From: an uncultured Bacillota bacterium
Lineage (GTDB): Bacteria > Bacillota_I > Bacilli_A > RFN20 > CAG-826
NCBI GenBank assembly: GCA_949289845.1
Contig: CASEPN010000004.1
Location: forward strand, 69-64,068
Direction of reading: 5' to 3'
DNA length: 64,000 nucleotides
This document shows, piece by piece, positions 20,291-30,612 of the stretch; position 1 is the first letter of the stretch; every line of letters starts with the position of its first letter. The notes beneath the pieces are model-generated. The model saw only the letters and a list, made by a program, of their open reading frames with translations. It was not told the origin of the DNA and did no database searches. A program made the translations under genes and the position numbers.

Positions 20291-21566
20291 GGTCCACGTC
20301 CTCGGGGGAGGACTGGCCGGAAGCGAGGCAGCCTGGGCGCTCCTCAAGGCCGGCTTTCCCGTCGTCCTCCACGAGAGGCGCCCCCTCAAGGGGGACGGAG
20401 CTCATGAGACGGGGCTCCTCGGGGAGCTTGTCTGCAGCAACAGCCTCAAGGGGGAGCGGCTCGACAACGCCTGTGGCCTCCTGAAGGAGGAGATGCGCCT
20501 CCTCGGCTCCTTGACGATGGAGGCCGCCTCCTTCGCCCGTGTCCCGGCGGGGAACGCCCTCGCGGTGGACCGCCAGAGGTTCGCCTCCTTCATCACCGAG
20601 CGCCTCCTTTCCACCCCGGGCTTCCGCCTCGTCCGGGAGGAGGTTTCCTCGATCCCGGAAGGGGAGCCATGGATCCTTGCGACCGGGCCTCTCACCGACG
20701 GCCCCCTCCTCTCCTGGCTCGAAACTCTTCTCGGGCAGGAGTCCCTCCATTTCTACGACGCCTCCGCGCCGATCGTCCGGAAGGATTCGATCGACATGGA
20801 CGTCGCCTACTTCAAGAGCCGCTTCGGCCAAGGGGACGATTCCTACATCAACTGCCCCTTCACTAAGGAGGAGTACTTCCTCTTCGTCCGGGAGCTGGTC
20901 TCTGCCAGGCGCGTACTCGACCACGGGCGGAAGGGGGAGTTCTTCGAAGGCTGCCTCCCCATCGAGGTCATGGCCGCCAGGGACGTGGAGACGCTCCGTC
21001 ACGGGCCCTTGAAGCCGTTCGGACTGAGACGCGAGGAGGGGCACCGCCCCTACGCGGTCGCCCAGCTCCGCCAGGACGATGCCCTCGGGGAGCTATATAA
21101 CCTCGTCGGCTTCCAAACGAACCTCGCCTTCCCTGAGCAAAAGCGCGTCTTCTCCTTGATCCCGGGCCTCGGGAAGGCGGAGTTCGTGCGCTACGGGCTC
21201 ATGCACCGGAACTCCTACGTCGACGCGGGGAAGCACCTCTCGGAGGACCTTTCCTTCGTCTCGATGCCTTCCCTTTTCCTCGCCGGCCAGCTTTCTGGGG
21301 TTGAGGGCTACGTCGAGAGCGCGGCGACGGGGATCCTCGCGGGCCGCTACCTCGCGAGGAGGCTCATGGGGCTGCCCTTCCATCCCCTTCCCCTAAGGAC
21401 GATGCTCGGGGCGCTCCTCTCCTACATCCTCTTCCCCCGGCAAGGCCGGCTCGAGCCCATGAACGCGAACTGGGGGCTCCTGGGAGTCCACAAGGAAGGA
21501 AGGGAGAAGGCTTCCGAAGAGAGCCTCGCCCTCCTCAAGGACTACCTCAGGGAGGAGGGCCTATGA
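20274..21566 (+). CDS. trmFO: folate/FAD-dependent tRNA m5U54 methyltransferase TrmFO
   Basis: GGGLAGSEAA, ELVCSNS, VGFQTNL, AGQLSGVEGY. Confidence 0.96.
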   Translation: MTRTSEVHVLGGGLAGSEAAWALLKAGFPVVLHERRPLKGDGAHETGLLGELVCSNSLKGERLDNACGLLKEEMRLLGSLTMEAASFARVPAGNALAVDRQRFASFITERLLSTPGFRLVREEVSSIPEGEPWILATGPLTDGPLLSWLETLLGQESLHFYDASAPIVRKDSIDMDVAYFKSRFGQGDDSYINCPFTKEEYFLFVRELVSARRVLDHGRKGEFFEGCLPIEVMAARDVETLRHGPLKPFGLRREEGHRPYAVAQLRQDDALGELYNLVGFQTNLAFPEQKRVFSLIPGLGKAEFVRYGLMHRNSYVDAGKHLSEDLSFVSMPSLFLAGQLSGVEGYVESAATGILAGRYLARRLMGLPFHPLPLRTMLGALLSYILFPRQGRLEPMNANWGLLGVHKEGREKASEESLALLKDYLREEGL

Positions 21567-22453
21567 GCGCCTCCCCTGAGGAGTACCTTTCCTGGCTTCG
21601 TTACGCCAGGGGCTATAGCGAAAGGACCGTCCAGGCCTACGGGAGGGACGTCAAGGACTTCCTCCTCTACCTCAAGGGGGAGGGACTGGACTACCGGAGG
21701 ATCGGAAGGGACGAGATGAGGGAATATATCGCCTCCCTCCTCTCCCGCGGGCTTTCGCACCGCTCCTTGTCGAGGCACCTTTCCGCCCTCCGCGGGCTTT
21801 ACTCCTACCTCATGAGGGAGGGGGCCGTCCTCACGAGCCCTCTAGCGGGCATCCGCGCCCCGAAGGCGAGGAAGACCCTGCCCGACGTGCTTTCCATGAA
21901 GGAAAGGGAGCGCCTTCTTTCCTTCCGGGCGGAGAAGGAGGATCCCCTTTCCCTCAGGGACGAGGCGATCGTGCTCCTGCTCCTTTCGACGGGGCTCAGG
22001 GCATCCGAGCTCCTTTCCCTCGACCTCTCCTCCCTCGACTTCTCGCGGAGGCTCCTCCGGACGATGGGGAAGGGGAGGAAGGAGAGGATCGTCCCCTTCT
22101 CGAAGGACGCCGCGTCTTCCTTGGCGCGCTACATCGGGAAGGGCCGTCCCTCGCTAGCGAAGGAAGGGGAGAAGGCCCTCTTCCTGAACGCCAGGGGGAC
22201 GAGGCTTGGGGTCCGGGGTCTCGAGGACATCCTCCGGAGGATGGGGGAGAGGCTCGGCCTCCCTCCTGGGCTTCATCCCCACGAGTTCCGCCACACGTTC
22301 GCAACCTACCTCCTCGAGGGCGGGATCGACCTCCGCACCGTCCAGGAGCTGATGGGGCACCGCTCCCTGGATAGCACCGAGATCTACACTCACCTCTCCA
22401 GGAAGACATTGCGACTCGAGCACCAGAAGGCCTTCCCCGGGAAGAAGGGGTAG
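21563..22453 (+). CDS. xerC: tyrosine recombinase XerC/CodV-like
   Basis: TGLRASEL, GKGRKER, HPHEFRHTFAT, LMGH...TEIY; canonical place after trmFO. Confidence 0.88.
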   Translation: MSASPEEYLSWLRYARGYSERTVQAYGRDVKDFLLYLKGEGLDYRRIGRDEMREYIASLLSRGLSHRSLSRHLSALRGLYSYLMREGAVLTSPLAGIRAPKARKTLPDVLSMKERERLLSFRAEKEDPLSLRDEAIVLLLLSTGLRASELLSLDLSSLDFSRRLLRTMGKGRKERIVPFSKDAASSLARYIGKGRPSLAKEGEKALFLNARGTRLGVRGLEDILRRMGERLGLPPGLHPHEFRHTFATYLLEGGIDLRTVQELMGHRSLDSTEIYTHLSRKTLRLEHQKAFPGKKG

Positions 22454-22521
22454 CATTTCGGCGTTTACTTGGCCCTTTCCGCGCGCTAATATTTCGCTCG
22501 GCCGTCTTTTCAAGCGGCCAA

Positions 22522-22625
22522 ATGCACACTCCGTGGATGAAGACCCGGTGTTCCCCAAGGCGGGCGAAAGAGCTTAAAAAGCGCCTGGGGTGGGACCTTT
22601 TGGAAGCGGGGGAGGAACAAACACG
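22522..22625 (+). ncRNA. rpsB (S2) leader RNA
   Basis: CACAC...GGTG...GGAGG layout of the rpsB leader in a structured 5' UTR. Confidence 0.6.
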
Positions 22626-22637
22626 AAGGAGGTCTCC

Positions 22638-23639
<1,002 letters not shown>

Positions 23640-23641
23640 CC

Positions 23642-24487
23642 ATGGCCGAGAAGAACGTCATCGAACTCATCAAGCAGCTCCGCGAGCGCACCGGCGCCGG
23701 CATGATGGACTGCAAGCACGCCCTCGAGGAGAACGGCCTCGACATCGAGAAGGCCATCGACTGGCTCCGCGAGAAGGGCATCGCCAAGAGCGCCAAGCGC
23801 GCTGGCAGGACTGCCTCCGAGGGGCTTGCCGCCCTCAAGGCCTGCACCAAGTGCGGGAAGGCCGTCATCTGCGAGGTCAACTGCGAGACCGACTTCGTGA
23901 GCGCCTCCGACAAGTTCCACGCCCTCGTCGACACGGTCGTCTCCTACCTCATGGACAACGAGCCCAAGTCGATCGAGGAGGCCAGGGAAGGCACCTTCCA
24001 GGCGTTCCAGGACGCCGGGATCGCCCTCGGGGAGAAGCTCGACTTCCGCCGCTTCCAGATCGTGAAGCTCGAGGAAGGGCAGGGCTTCGGTACCTACGTC
24101 CATATGAAGGGCAAGATCGCCACCCTCCTCGTCCTCAAGAAGGACGATCCGGAGCTTGGCTACGGGCTTGCGATGCACGTGTGCGCCAACGCTCCCCTCT
24201 ACCTCACCCTTGCCGATGTCCCGAGCGAGGAGCGCGAGCGCGAGCTTGCCATCGCCAGGACCGAGGTCAGCGAGGATCCGAAGCTCCAGGGGAAGCCGGA
24301 GGCCGTCAAGGCCCAGATTGTCGAGCGGAAGGCCGACAAGGTCCTCTCCGCTTCTTGCCTCCTCCTCCAAGAGTACCTCCTCGAGAGCGGCAAGAAGGTC
24401 GGTGACCTCCTCAAGGAGCACGGGAATGAGATCGTCTCCTTCGTCCGCTACCAGGTGGGCGAAGGCATCCAGAAGAGCGCCGAATAG
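23642..24487 (+). CDS. tsf: elongation factor Ts
   Basis: LRERTGAGMMDCK, EVNCETDFV. Confidence 0.98.
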   Translation: MAEKNVIELIKQLRERTGAGMMDCKHALEENGLDIEKAIDWLREKGIAKSAKRAGRTASEGLAALKACTKCGKAVICEVNCETDFVSASDKFHALVDTVVSYLMDNEPKSIEEAREGTFQAFQDAGIALGEKLDFRRFQIVKLEEGQGFGTYVHMKGKIATLLVLKKDDPELGYGLAMHVCANAPLYLTLADVPSEERERELAIARTEVSEDPKLQGKPEAVKAQIVERKADKVLSASCLLLQEYLLESGKKVGDLLKEHGNEIVSFVRYQVGEGIQKSAE

Positions 24488-24506
24488 GCTCCTCCAGAAG
24501 TGAAAC

Positions 24507-24534
24507 GGGGTCCGCGAGGGCCCCTTTTCCTTTT
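24507..24534 (+). terminator. tsf terminator
   Basis: GGGGTCC-GCGA-GGGCCCC-TTTT. Confidence 0.7.
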
Positions 24535-24554
24535 CCCTTCCTTAAAATAAGGCC

Positions 24555-25337
24555 ATGGACAGACGCTTGTTCGAAATCGGGGAGGGAGAGCTTCCCCTTG
24601 AGGAAATCCGCCCTGACTGCGGCTTCCTTTCGATCTTCCGGAAGGTAGGGGTCGTCGGGGATTCCCTTTCCGCCGGAGAGTTCGAGTCAAGGAACCCCGA
24701 TGGAACGGTTTCCTATCACGACATGCATGAGTATTCCTGGCCCGCCATCCTCGGGCGCATCACCGGTGCCGAGTGGCATAACTATTCGCGGGGCGGGATG
24801 TCCGCGCGGGAGTTCCTGGGAGGCTATGCGGAGGAACGGGGCTATTTCGAGAAGCTCCCTTGCCTCATCGTCTCCTTGGGCACGAACGACCTCTTCGTAT
24901 ACCATCACCCCCTGGGGAGCGCGGAGGACGTCCATCCTCTTTCCCCAAAGGAGAACCCCGACACTTTCCTAGGGAACATTGGGGGGATCGTGAGCCGCTA
25001 TCGGGCTCTGGAGCCTGCCCTTCGCCTCTTCCTAGTCGGCCCGATGAAGGACGGGTCCTCGCCCCTCAGGGATTCCCTCGTGGAGAAGGCGACGGCGGAG
25101 CTTGGGAAGGTCGCGCGCCTCTTCCCGCACGGCTATCTCCTCGACATGGCGCGCTACGGTATCGTCTGGGACGAGGAAACGAGAGGTCGCTACAGCCTCG
25201 GCTATCACCCGAACCCCATGGGCTACCACGCCTACGCCCTGATGGTGGGCAACTACATCGACTACCTTATCCGGGCGAACATGGAGGATTTCAAGGAGGT
25301 CCCCTTCATCGGGACCGGGCTTTCCTACTGTAATTAG
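24555..25337 (+). CDS. SGNH/GDSL hydrolase family protein
   Basis: GDSL, G, GTND, HPN blocks. Confidence 0.85.
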   Translation: MDRRLFEIGEGELPLEEIRPDCGFLSIFRKVGVVGDSLSAGEFESRNPDGTVSYHDMHEYSWPAILGRITGAEWHNYSRGGMSAREFLGGYAEERGYFEKLPCLIVSLGTNDLFVYHHPLGSAEDVHPLSPKENPDTFLGNIGGIVSRYRALEPALRLFLVGPMKDGSSPLRDSLVEKATAELGKVARLFPHGYLLDMARYGIVWDEETRGRYSLGYHPNPMGYHAYALMVGNYIDYLIRANMEDFKEVPFIGTGLSYCN

Positions 25338-25393
25338 GGGTTTCGTCCCTCCCTTGCCCGAGGAATGGGGCGTGCGTGTATAATCTTTAGCCG

Positions 25394-26113
25394 ATGGAAC
25401 CAATGTACAAGACGGTGATCCTCAAGGTTTCGGGCGAATCCCTGGCCGACGAGGGCGACAAGACGATTCTCGACAGCGCAAAGCTCGCCTCGATCGCCTC
25501 CTCGATCAAGGAGGCGCATGACCTCGGGGTCCATATCGGGCTGGTCGTCGGGGCCGGGAACATCTGGCGAGGGAAGCTCGCCCAGAAGGTCGGCATCGAG
25601 CAGGCGACCGGGGACTACATGGGGATGCTGGGGACAATCGTGAACGCGCTCGCCCTCCAGAGCGCCCTCGAGGACCTCGGGCTTTCCACGAGGGTCATGT
25701 CCTCCTTGAACGTCCCCCAGGTGTCCGAGCCCTACATCCGGAGGAAGGCGCTTTCCCACCTCGAAAAAGGGAGGGTCGTCATCTTCGCCGGAGGGACGGG
25801 AAACCCCTTCTTCACGACTGACACGACCGCATCCCTCCGCGCCCTGGAGATGAAGGCGGACGCCATCATCATGGGGAAGAACGGCGTGGAGGGCGTCTAC
25901 GACAGCGACCCGAGGCTCAACCCCGACGCGAAGCTCCTCCAGGAACTGACCTACAAGGAGGTCCTCGACAGGAACCTCGGCGTCATGGACCTCACCGCGG
26001 TGACGATGCTGAAGGACAAAGGCATCGTGATCCGCGTCTTCAACATGGACGACTTCGGCTCCTTGGTGGGAGTCATACAGGGAAACATGATGGGAAGCAC
26101 CATCCACGACTAG
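25394..26113 (+). CDS. pyrH: uridylate kinase
   Basis: ILKVSGE, GAGNIWRG, DYMGML, GNPFFTTD. Confidence 0.97.
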   Translation: MEPMYKTVILKVSGESLADEGDKTILDSAKLASIASSIKEAHDLGVHIGLVVGAGNIWRGKLAQKVGIEQATGDYMGMLGTIVNALALQSALEDLGLSTRVMSSLNVPQVSEPYIRRKALSHLEKGRVVIFAGGTGNPFFTTDTTASLRALEMKADAIIMGKNGVEGVYDSDPRLNPDAKLLQELTYKEVLDRNLGVMDLTAVTMLKDKGIVIRVFNMDDFGSLVGVIQGNMMGSTIHD

Positions 26114-26123
26114 GAGGCTAATT

Positions 26124-26669
26124 ATGGAAATCGTGGTCAAGAACGCGGAAGCCAAGTGCGAAGGGGCGCTCGAGTCGCTCGGAAGAGGGCTCGGGAAGCT
26201 TCGTTCCGGGCGGGCCAACCCCGCGATGCTGAACGGCGTTACCTGCGACTACTACGGGGAGAGGATGGAGATCACCTCCCTTGCCGGCATCTCGATGCCC
26301 GAGCCGAGGCAGCTCCTCGTGAAGCCCTATAGCAGGGAGGACATCAAGGCGATCGCCGCCGGCATCGTAGCGGCGAACCTCGGGATCAACCCCCAGGTGG
26401 AGGCCGACGCGATCCGCATCATCATCCCGCCTCTCACCGAGGACGTGAGGAAGCAGCTCGCCAAACAGGCGAAGTCCCTGAGCGAGGAAGCAAAGGTCGC
26501 CATCCGCAACATCCGGAACGAGGCCCGCGACCTCATCAAGAAGGACGAGACCATGTCCGACGACTACAAGGAGAGGGTCGAGGCGGACCTCCAGAAGGTC
26601 ATCGACGCGGCGATGAAGAAGGTGGACGAGACGCTCGCCGCGAAGCAAAAGGACATCATGACGATCTAG
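26124..26669 (+). CDS. frr: ribosome recycling factor
   Basis: LRSGRANP, PPLTEDVR, KVAIRNIR. Confidence 0.96.
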   Translation: MEIVVKNAEAKCEGALESLGRGLGKLRSGRANPAMLNGVTCDYYGERMEITSLAGISMPEPRQLLVKPYSREDIKAIAAGIVAANLGINPQVEADAIRIIIPPLTEDVRKQLAKQAKSLSEEAKVAIRNIRNEARDLIKKDETMSDDYKERVEADLQKVIDAAMKKVDETLAAKQKDIMTI

Positions 26670-26683
26670 CCTAGTGGGCTATG

Positions 26684-26718
26684 AAAATAGGGGCGCGCTT
26701 AGTGGTGCGCCCCTTTTT
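26684..26718. terminator. bidirectional terminator between frr and the LRR gene
   Basis: AAAA..AGGGGCGCGC-loop-GTGCGCCCCT-TTTT between convergent genes. Confidence 0.7.
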
Positions 26719-26741
26719 CGTTGCAAATCAAGAGCGAAATA

Positions 26742-27617
26742 CTAGATTTTAAGAATACCGTCGGTGCAGGTGACCTCGGTGATCGAAGAGCCTTCCGCCC
26801 AGTCGCTCGCCTTCTTTACGAGGCTCCAGGCGGCCCTGGTGCCCTCGAAGGAGAGGCTGTCGAGCCCGCTTCCGGAGAAGACGCTGCTCCCGATCTCCTC
26901 AACGCCGACGGGGAGGCTCATCTCAAGGAGGGAGGCGCAGCCCATGAAGGCCTCGCTTCCAATGCCCACGAGCGCGCCCGGGACATCGATTTCCACAAGG
27001 GAGGAGTTCTTGAAGGCTCCCTTTCCGATGGAAAGCCCGTTACCAAGGCGACCTTCGGTCAGGTAAACGGTCTGTATCGGAGCGTCCTGGAAGGCATAGT
27101 CGCTGATTTCCGAGAGGGGTGCCTCGAAATAGATTTCGCGAAGGGAGGAGCTTTCTTCAAGAAGGGGCTCCCCATCTCCCACGACGGCGACCCTCGCAAG
27201 CGCGCCGGAGCGATATTCAAACCGAGGAGCGATGCAGGCAGTCGCCCCTTCCGGTGGGACGAGCTCATCGATCCGGTAGTAGCCGGTCTCCTCATGAAAG
27301 GAGAGACCGATCGTGCCAGAGGGGGTTCCTTCCTCCTCGATGCGGAGCATGTTCCCGTCGTAGTAGCCTGCTCTCCCGTCCTCGTAGTGAGTGGGAGTCT
27401 CCCCAGTTTCCGGAACGGAATTGAGGCCTATTGCGCCGACGACGATCGCCGCGGTCATGAGGGCGACGAGCAAGACGCCTAGCGATCCGGCGACGATGTA
27501 GGTGATCATCGCCTTCTTGCGGATGGCCTCCGAGCTCTGGTCTACGGAAGGCGCCTCGCTCTTGCGGATGGGCGTCCGGACGCGGGGTTCCTCGCTTTTC
27601 TTCTCTTCTTCGTCCAT
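26742..27617 (-). CDS. membrane-anchored BspA-type leucine-rich-repeat (LRR_5) protein
   Basis: One N-terminal TM helix; IGKGAFKNSSL..I.VP, IGSEAFMGCASL..MSLP, IGSSVFSGSGL repeats. Confidence 0.82.
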   Translation of the reverse strand: MDEEEKKSEEPRVRTPIRKSEAPSVDQSSEAIRKKAMITYIVAGSLGVLLVALMTAAIVVGAIGLNSVPETGETPTHYEDGRAGYYDGNMLRIEEEGTPSGTIGLSFHEETGYYRIDELVPPEGATACIAPRFEYRSGALARVAVVGDGEPLLEESSSLREIYFEAPLSEISDYAFQDAPIQTVYLTEGRLGNGLSIGKGAFKNSSLVEIDVPGALVGIGSEAFMGCASLLEMSLPVGVEEIGSSVFSGSGLDSLSFEGTRAAWSLVKKASDWAEGSSITEVTCTDGILKI

Positions 27618-27692
27618 GGCTAGGGATGATAGACGATTCCTCGCGCTCGCGCACCTAGGCTATGAGCCCTTGCGGGCGCTATAATTTCCTAG

Positions 27693-28415
27693 ATGCGTAA
27701 AGAAGGCCTTTCGCTGAAGATCCCCCGCCACATCGCCTTCATCATGGACGGAAACGGACGATGGGCCAAGAGGCGTGGGCTCCCTCGTTCCGCCGGGCAT
27801 AAGAGGGCCTGCGAGAGGCTCGGCGAGGTTTTCGACGCGTGCAAGGGCCTCGGCATTCCCTGCGCGAGCCTTTATGCCTTCTCCACAGAGAACTGGAGCC
27901 GCCCTGAGGAGGAGATCCGCCTCCTGATGGGCTATCTCTTGAATTTCTGCGAGAAGGAGTTCCCAAGGCTCCAGAAGGACGGGGTCCGCCTTCTTCATTC
28001 GGGGAGAAGGGACCGCCTTTCCCGTGAGGTTCTTTGCGCCCTGGACAAGGCGGTGGAGTCAAGCAAGGAGAACGATTCTCTCATCGTCAACGTCTGCCTT
28101 GACTACGGGGGCAGGGAGGAGATCGCCGAGGCCGCCCGTAGGTTCGCCCGCGATGTCCAAGGGGGCATGGACGTCGACTCGCTCGATGAGGAGGGCTTCC
28201 GGAAATACCTATATCACCCGGAGCTCCCTGACGTCGATCTTCTGGTCCGGACGTCTGGAGAGGAGAGGATTTCCAATTTCCTACTCTTTGAGCTAGCTTA
28301 TGCGGAGTTTTATTTCACTCCTACATGCTGGCCTGACTTCGGCAAGAAAGAGCTCGAGCTTGCCTTGGAGGAGTTTTCGCGGCGGGACAGGCGCTTCGGG
28401 AGGATAGAGGGATGA
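27693..28415 (+). CDS. uppS: polyprenyl (undecaprenyl) diphosphate synthase
   Basis: HIAFIMDGNGRWA, YAFSTENW, RTSGEERISNF. Confidence 0.97.
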   Translation: MRKEGLSLKIPRHIAFIMDGNGRWAKRRGLPRSAGHKRACERLGEVFDACKGLGIPCASLYAFSTENWSRPEEEIRLLMGYLLNFCEKEFPRLQKDGVRLLHSGRRDRLSREVLCALDKAVESSKENDSLIVNVCLDYGGREEIAEAARRFARDVQGGMDVDSLDEEGFRKYLYHPELPDVDLLVRTSGEERISNFLLFELAYAEFYFTPTCWPDFGKKELELALEEFSRRDRRFGRIEG

Positions 28416-29455
28416 ACCTTCAGGAAGAGTTCCGGATGAACAAGCCTGGCGAGGGCTACAAGGCCTCCCTGAGGAGCCGCGTCATCGTCGCCATCATCCT
28501 CATCCTTATCCTTGTCCCGATGATTTTCCTCGGGTCGTGGTACTTCTTCGCGGTGATGGCGCTTTTCCTTGCAATCGGGGTCTACGAAATCATGAAGGCC
28601 CCTGGCAAGAAGTACGGCTGGTGGGTGTGGGTCATCACGTACGTGGCGACCTTCCTCTACGTCTACTGGTTCGTCCTAAAGACGAATCTCGGGGCCTGGC
28701 TAGACGACCCGAACGGGTACGCCTTCTCCCTTGAGGAGCATTACGGGGGCCTCACGATCTCCGTCATCGGGATCGCGACCACGCTTGCCTCCTATTTCCT
28801 CGTCGCGCTTCTCGACAAGCGCTTCGACTTCGGGGACGTCGCCTACTTCTTTCTGATGACCTTCCTGGTGGGCATCGGCTTCCAGAGCCTATTCTTCCTC
28901 CGCTACTACCCGTTCTACCTTGCCGGGGAGATGCCTGAATACCTCTGGTACGAAGGACTTGGAGGATCCGCGCTCATCGGGAACACGAACTTCCGCTACC
29001 TTCTCTCCTCGTCCCTCTTCTTCCTGATGGCGGCGGGCACCATCATCAATGACACCTGCGCCTACTTCGGGGGCATCTATTTCGGGAAGCACAAGCTCAC
29101 GCGCATTTCTCCCAAGAAGACGTGGGAGGGCTTCGTCTTCGGCGTTGTTGGCTCCTTCCTTGCCAACTGCGCGATCCTCTTCTCCATGGCGGGCGCCGGC
29201 TACCCCGTCCTTCCTACGCTTGACCTTGCCCATTGGTACTGGATCCTTCTTGTGGCGATCGCGATTCCTCTGATCGCTGTCCTCGGGGACCTTTCCCTCT
29301 CCCTCATCAAGAGGCACTTCGCGATCAAGGACTTCGGGACGGTGCTCCGTGGGCACGGGGGAGTGCTCGATCGCGCCGACAGCATCATGTTCGTCTCGAT
29401 CGGGCTTTCCATCCTGATGATCTTCATCGGGCACGGGTGGAACTTCTTCGTCTGA
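28412..29455 (+). CDS. cdsA: phosphatidate cytidylyltransferase
   Basis: DTCAYFGG, ISPKKTWEG, GDL..S.IKR..IKD.G..L.GHGGVLDR. Confidence 0.95.
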   Translation: MNLQEEFRMNKPGEGYKASLRSRVIVAIILILILVPMIFLGSWYFFAVMALFLAIGVYEIMKAPGKKYGWWVWVITYVATFLYVYWFVLKTNLGAWLDDPNGYAFSLEEHYGGLTISVIGIATTLASYFLVALLDKRFDFGDVAYFFLMTFLVGIGFQSLFFLRYYPFYLAGEMPEYLWYEGLGGSALIGNTNFRYLLSSSLFFLMAAGTIINDTCAYFGGIYFGKHKLTRISPKKTWEGFVFGVVGSFLANCAILFSMAGAGYPVLPTLDLAHWYWILLVAIAIPLIAVLGDLSLSLIKRHFAIKDFGTVLRGHGGVLDRADSIMFVSIGLSILMIFIGHGWNFFV

Positions 29456-30612
29456 TGAAAAGGGTTCTGCTCCTTGGCGTCTCCGGGAACATCGGCACCC
29501 AGGCGCTGGACGTGCTTGGGAAGGCGAGGGACTCCTATTGCCTGGAAGGAATCAGCGTAGGCAGAAATTCCGATGTTGTAGATGGGATTCTCAAGGATTT
29601 TCCTACAATCCGTCTTGTGTATCTGATTGATTCGGAGAAGGCGGGTTTCCTTCGGAAGAAGCACCCATCTATCCGTTTCTTCTCCGGGGAAGAGGGCCTG
29701 GGGGAGATTGTCGAGGCCTTCCGGGGAGATATCGTCCTCAACGCGATCCTGGGCTTCGCCGGACTCCTGCCTAGCCTTCGGGCGCTGGAGAAAGGGAAGG
29801 TGCTCGCCCTGGCGAACAAGGAGAGCCTTGTCGTCGGGGGCGCGCTCATCCCTCCGCTTCTTGAAAGGCACGGTGGCTCCATCATTCCGATCGATTCGGA
29901 GCATGTCGCCTTCCGGAAGTGTCTGAACAAGGCGAGGGGCAGGCCTTGGAAGAAGTTCCTCATCACCGCCTCCGGAGGCGCCTTTCGCGACTTCTCCCGC
30001 GAAGAGGCGAGGTACCTCCCTGCGGACTGCGCCCTCGTGCACCCGACCTGGAAGATGGGGAAGAAGATCACCATCGACAGCGCGACGATGTTCAACAAGG
30101 GCTTCGAGATCATCGAGGCGATGAGGCTTTTCTCAATCAAAAGGGAGGAGATCGAGGTCCTCATGCACCGGGAATCCCTTGTCCATAGCGCTATCCTCTT
30201 AGAGGATGGGAAGTATCTCGCCGACGTGGGGAAGCCCGACATGAGGGAGGCGATCCGCTTCGCCTTGGAAGGAGGGACTTCCTCCTCCGGCGTCGTGGAG
30301 GTCTCTTCCCTGGACGAAATCGAAGGTGCTAGCTTCGCCCCGTTTTCTTCGGAACGCTTTCCTGCCGTCTCGATCGCCATGGAGGCGGAAAGGATGGGAG
30401 GGGACAGGACCGCTGTCCTCAACGGCGCGGACGAGGAGGCTGTGGCCCGCTACCTGAAGGGCGAGATTGGGATCCTCGGGATTGAGAAAGCGGTCGCCCT
30501 GGCGCTCCATGAGGTGCCGGGCGGGGCCGGCTTGTCGTATGATGCTCTTCGCGCATCCGACCGGAACGCCCGTTCCTTCGTGCGCAGCCTTCCTGCGAGT
30601 GCCTTGAACTGA
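29455..30612 (+). CDS. dxr: 1-deoxy-D-xylulose-5-phosphate reductoisomerase
   Basis: LGVSGNIGTQ, LANKESLV, PIDSEH, HPTWKMGKKITIDSAT. Confidence 0.96.
   Translation: MKRVLLLGVSGNIGTQALDVLGKARDSYCLEGISVGRNSDVVDGILKDFPTIRLVYLIDSEKAGFLRKKHPSIRFFSGEEGLGEIVEAFRGDIVLNAILGFAGLLPSLRALEKGKVLALANKESLVVGGALIPPLLERHGGSIIPIDSEHVAFRKCLNKARGRPWKKFLITASGGAFRDFSREEARYLPADCALVHPTWKMGKKITIDSATMFNKGFEIIEAMRLFSIKREEIEVLMHRESLVHSAILLEDGKYLADVGKPDMREAIRFALEGGTSSSGVVEVSSLDEIEGASFAPFSSERFPAVSIAMEAERMGGDRTAVLNGADEEAVARYLKGEIGILGIEKAVALALHEVPGGAGLSYDALRASDRNARSFVRSLPASALN

Noticed and set aside
21563-22453. Tyrosine recombinase as the integrase of a mobile element
   Set aside because: It occupies the canonical topA-trmFO-xerC position, with no cargo or att sites nearby
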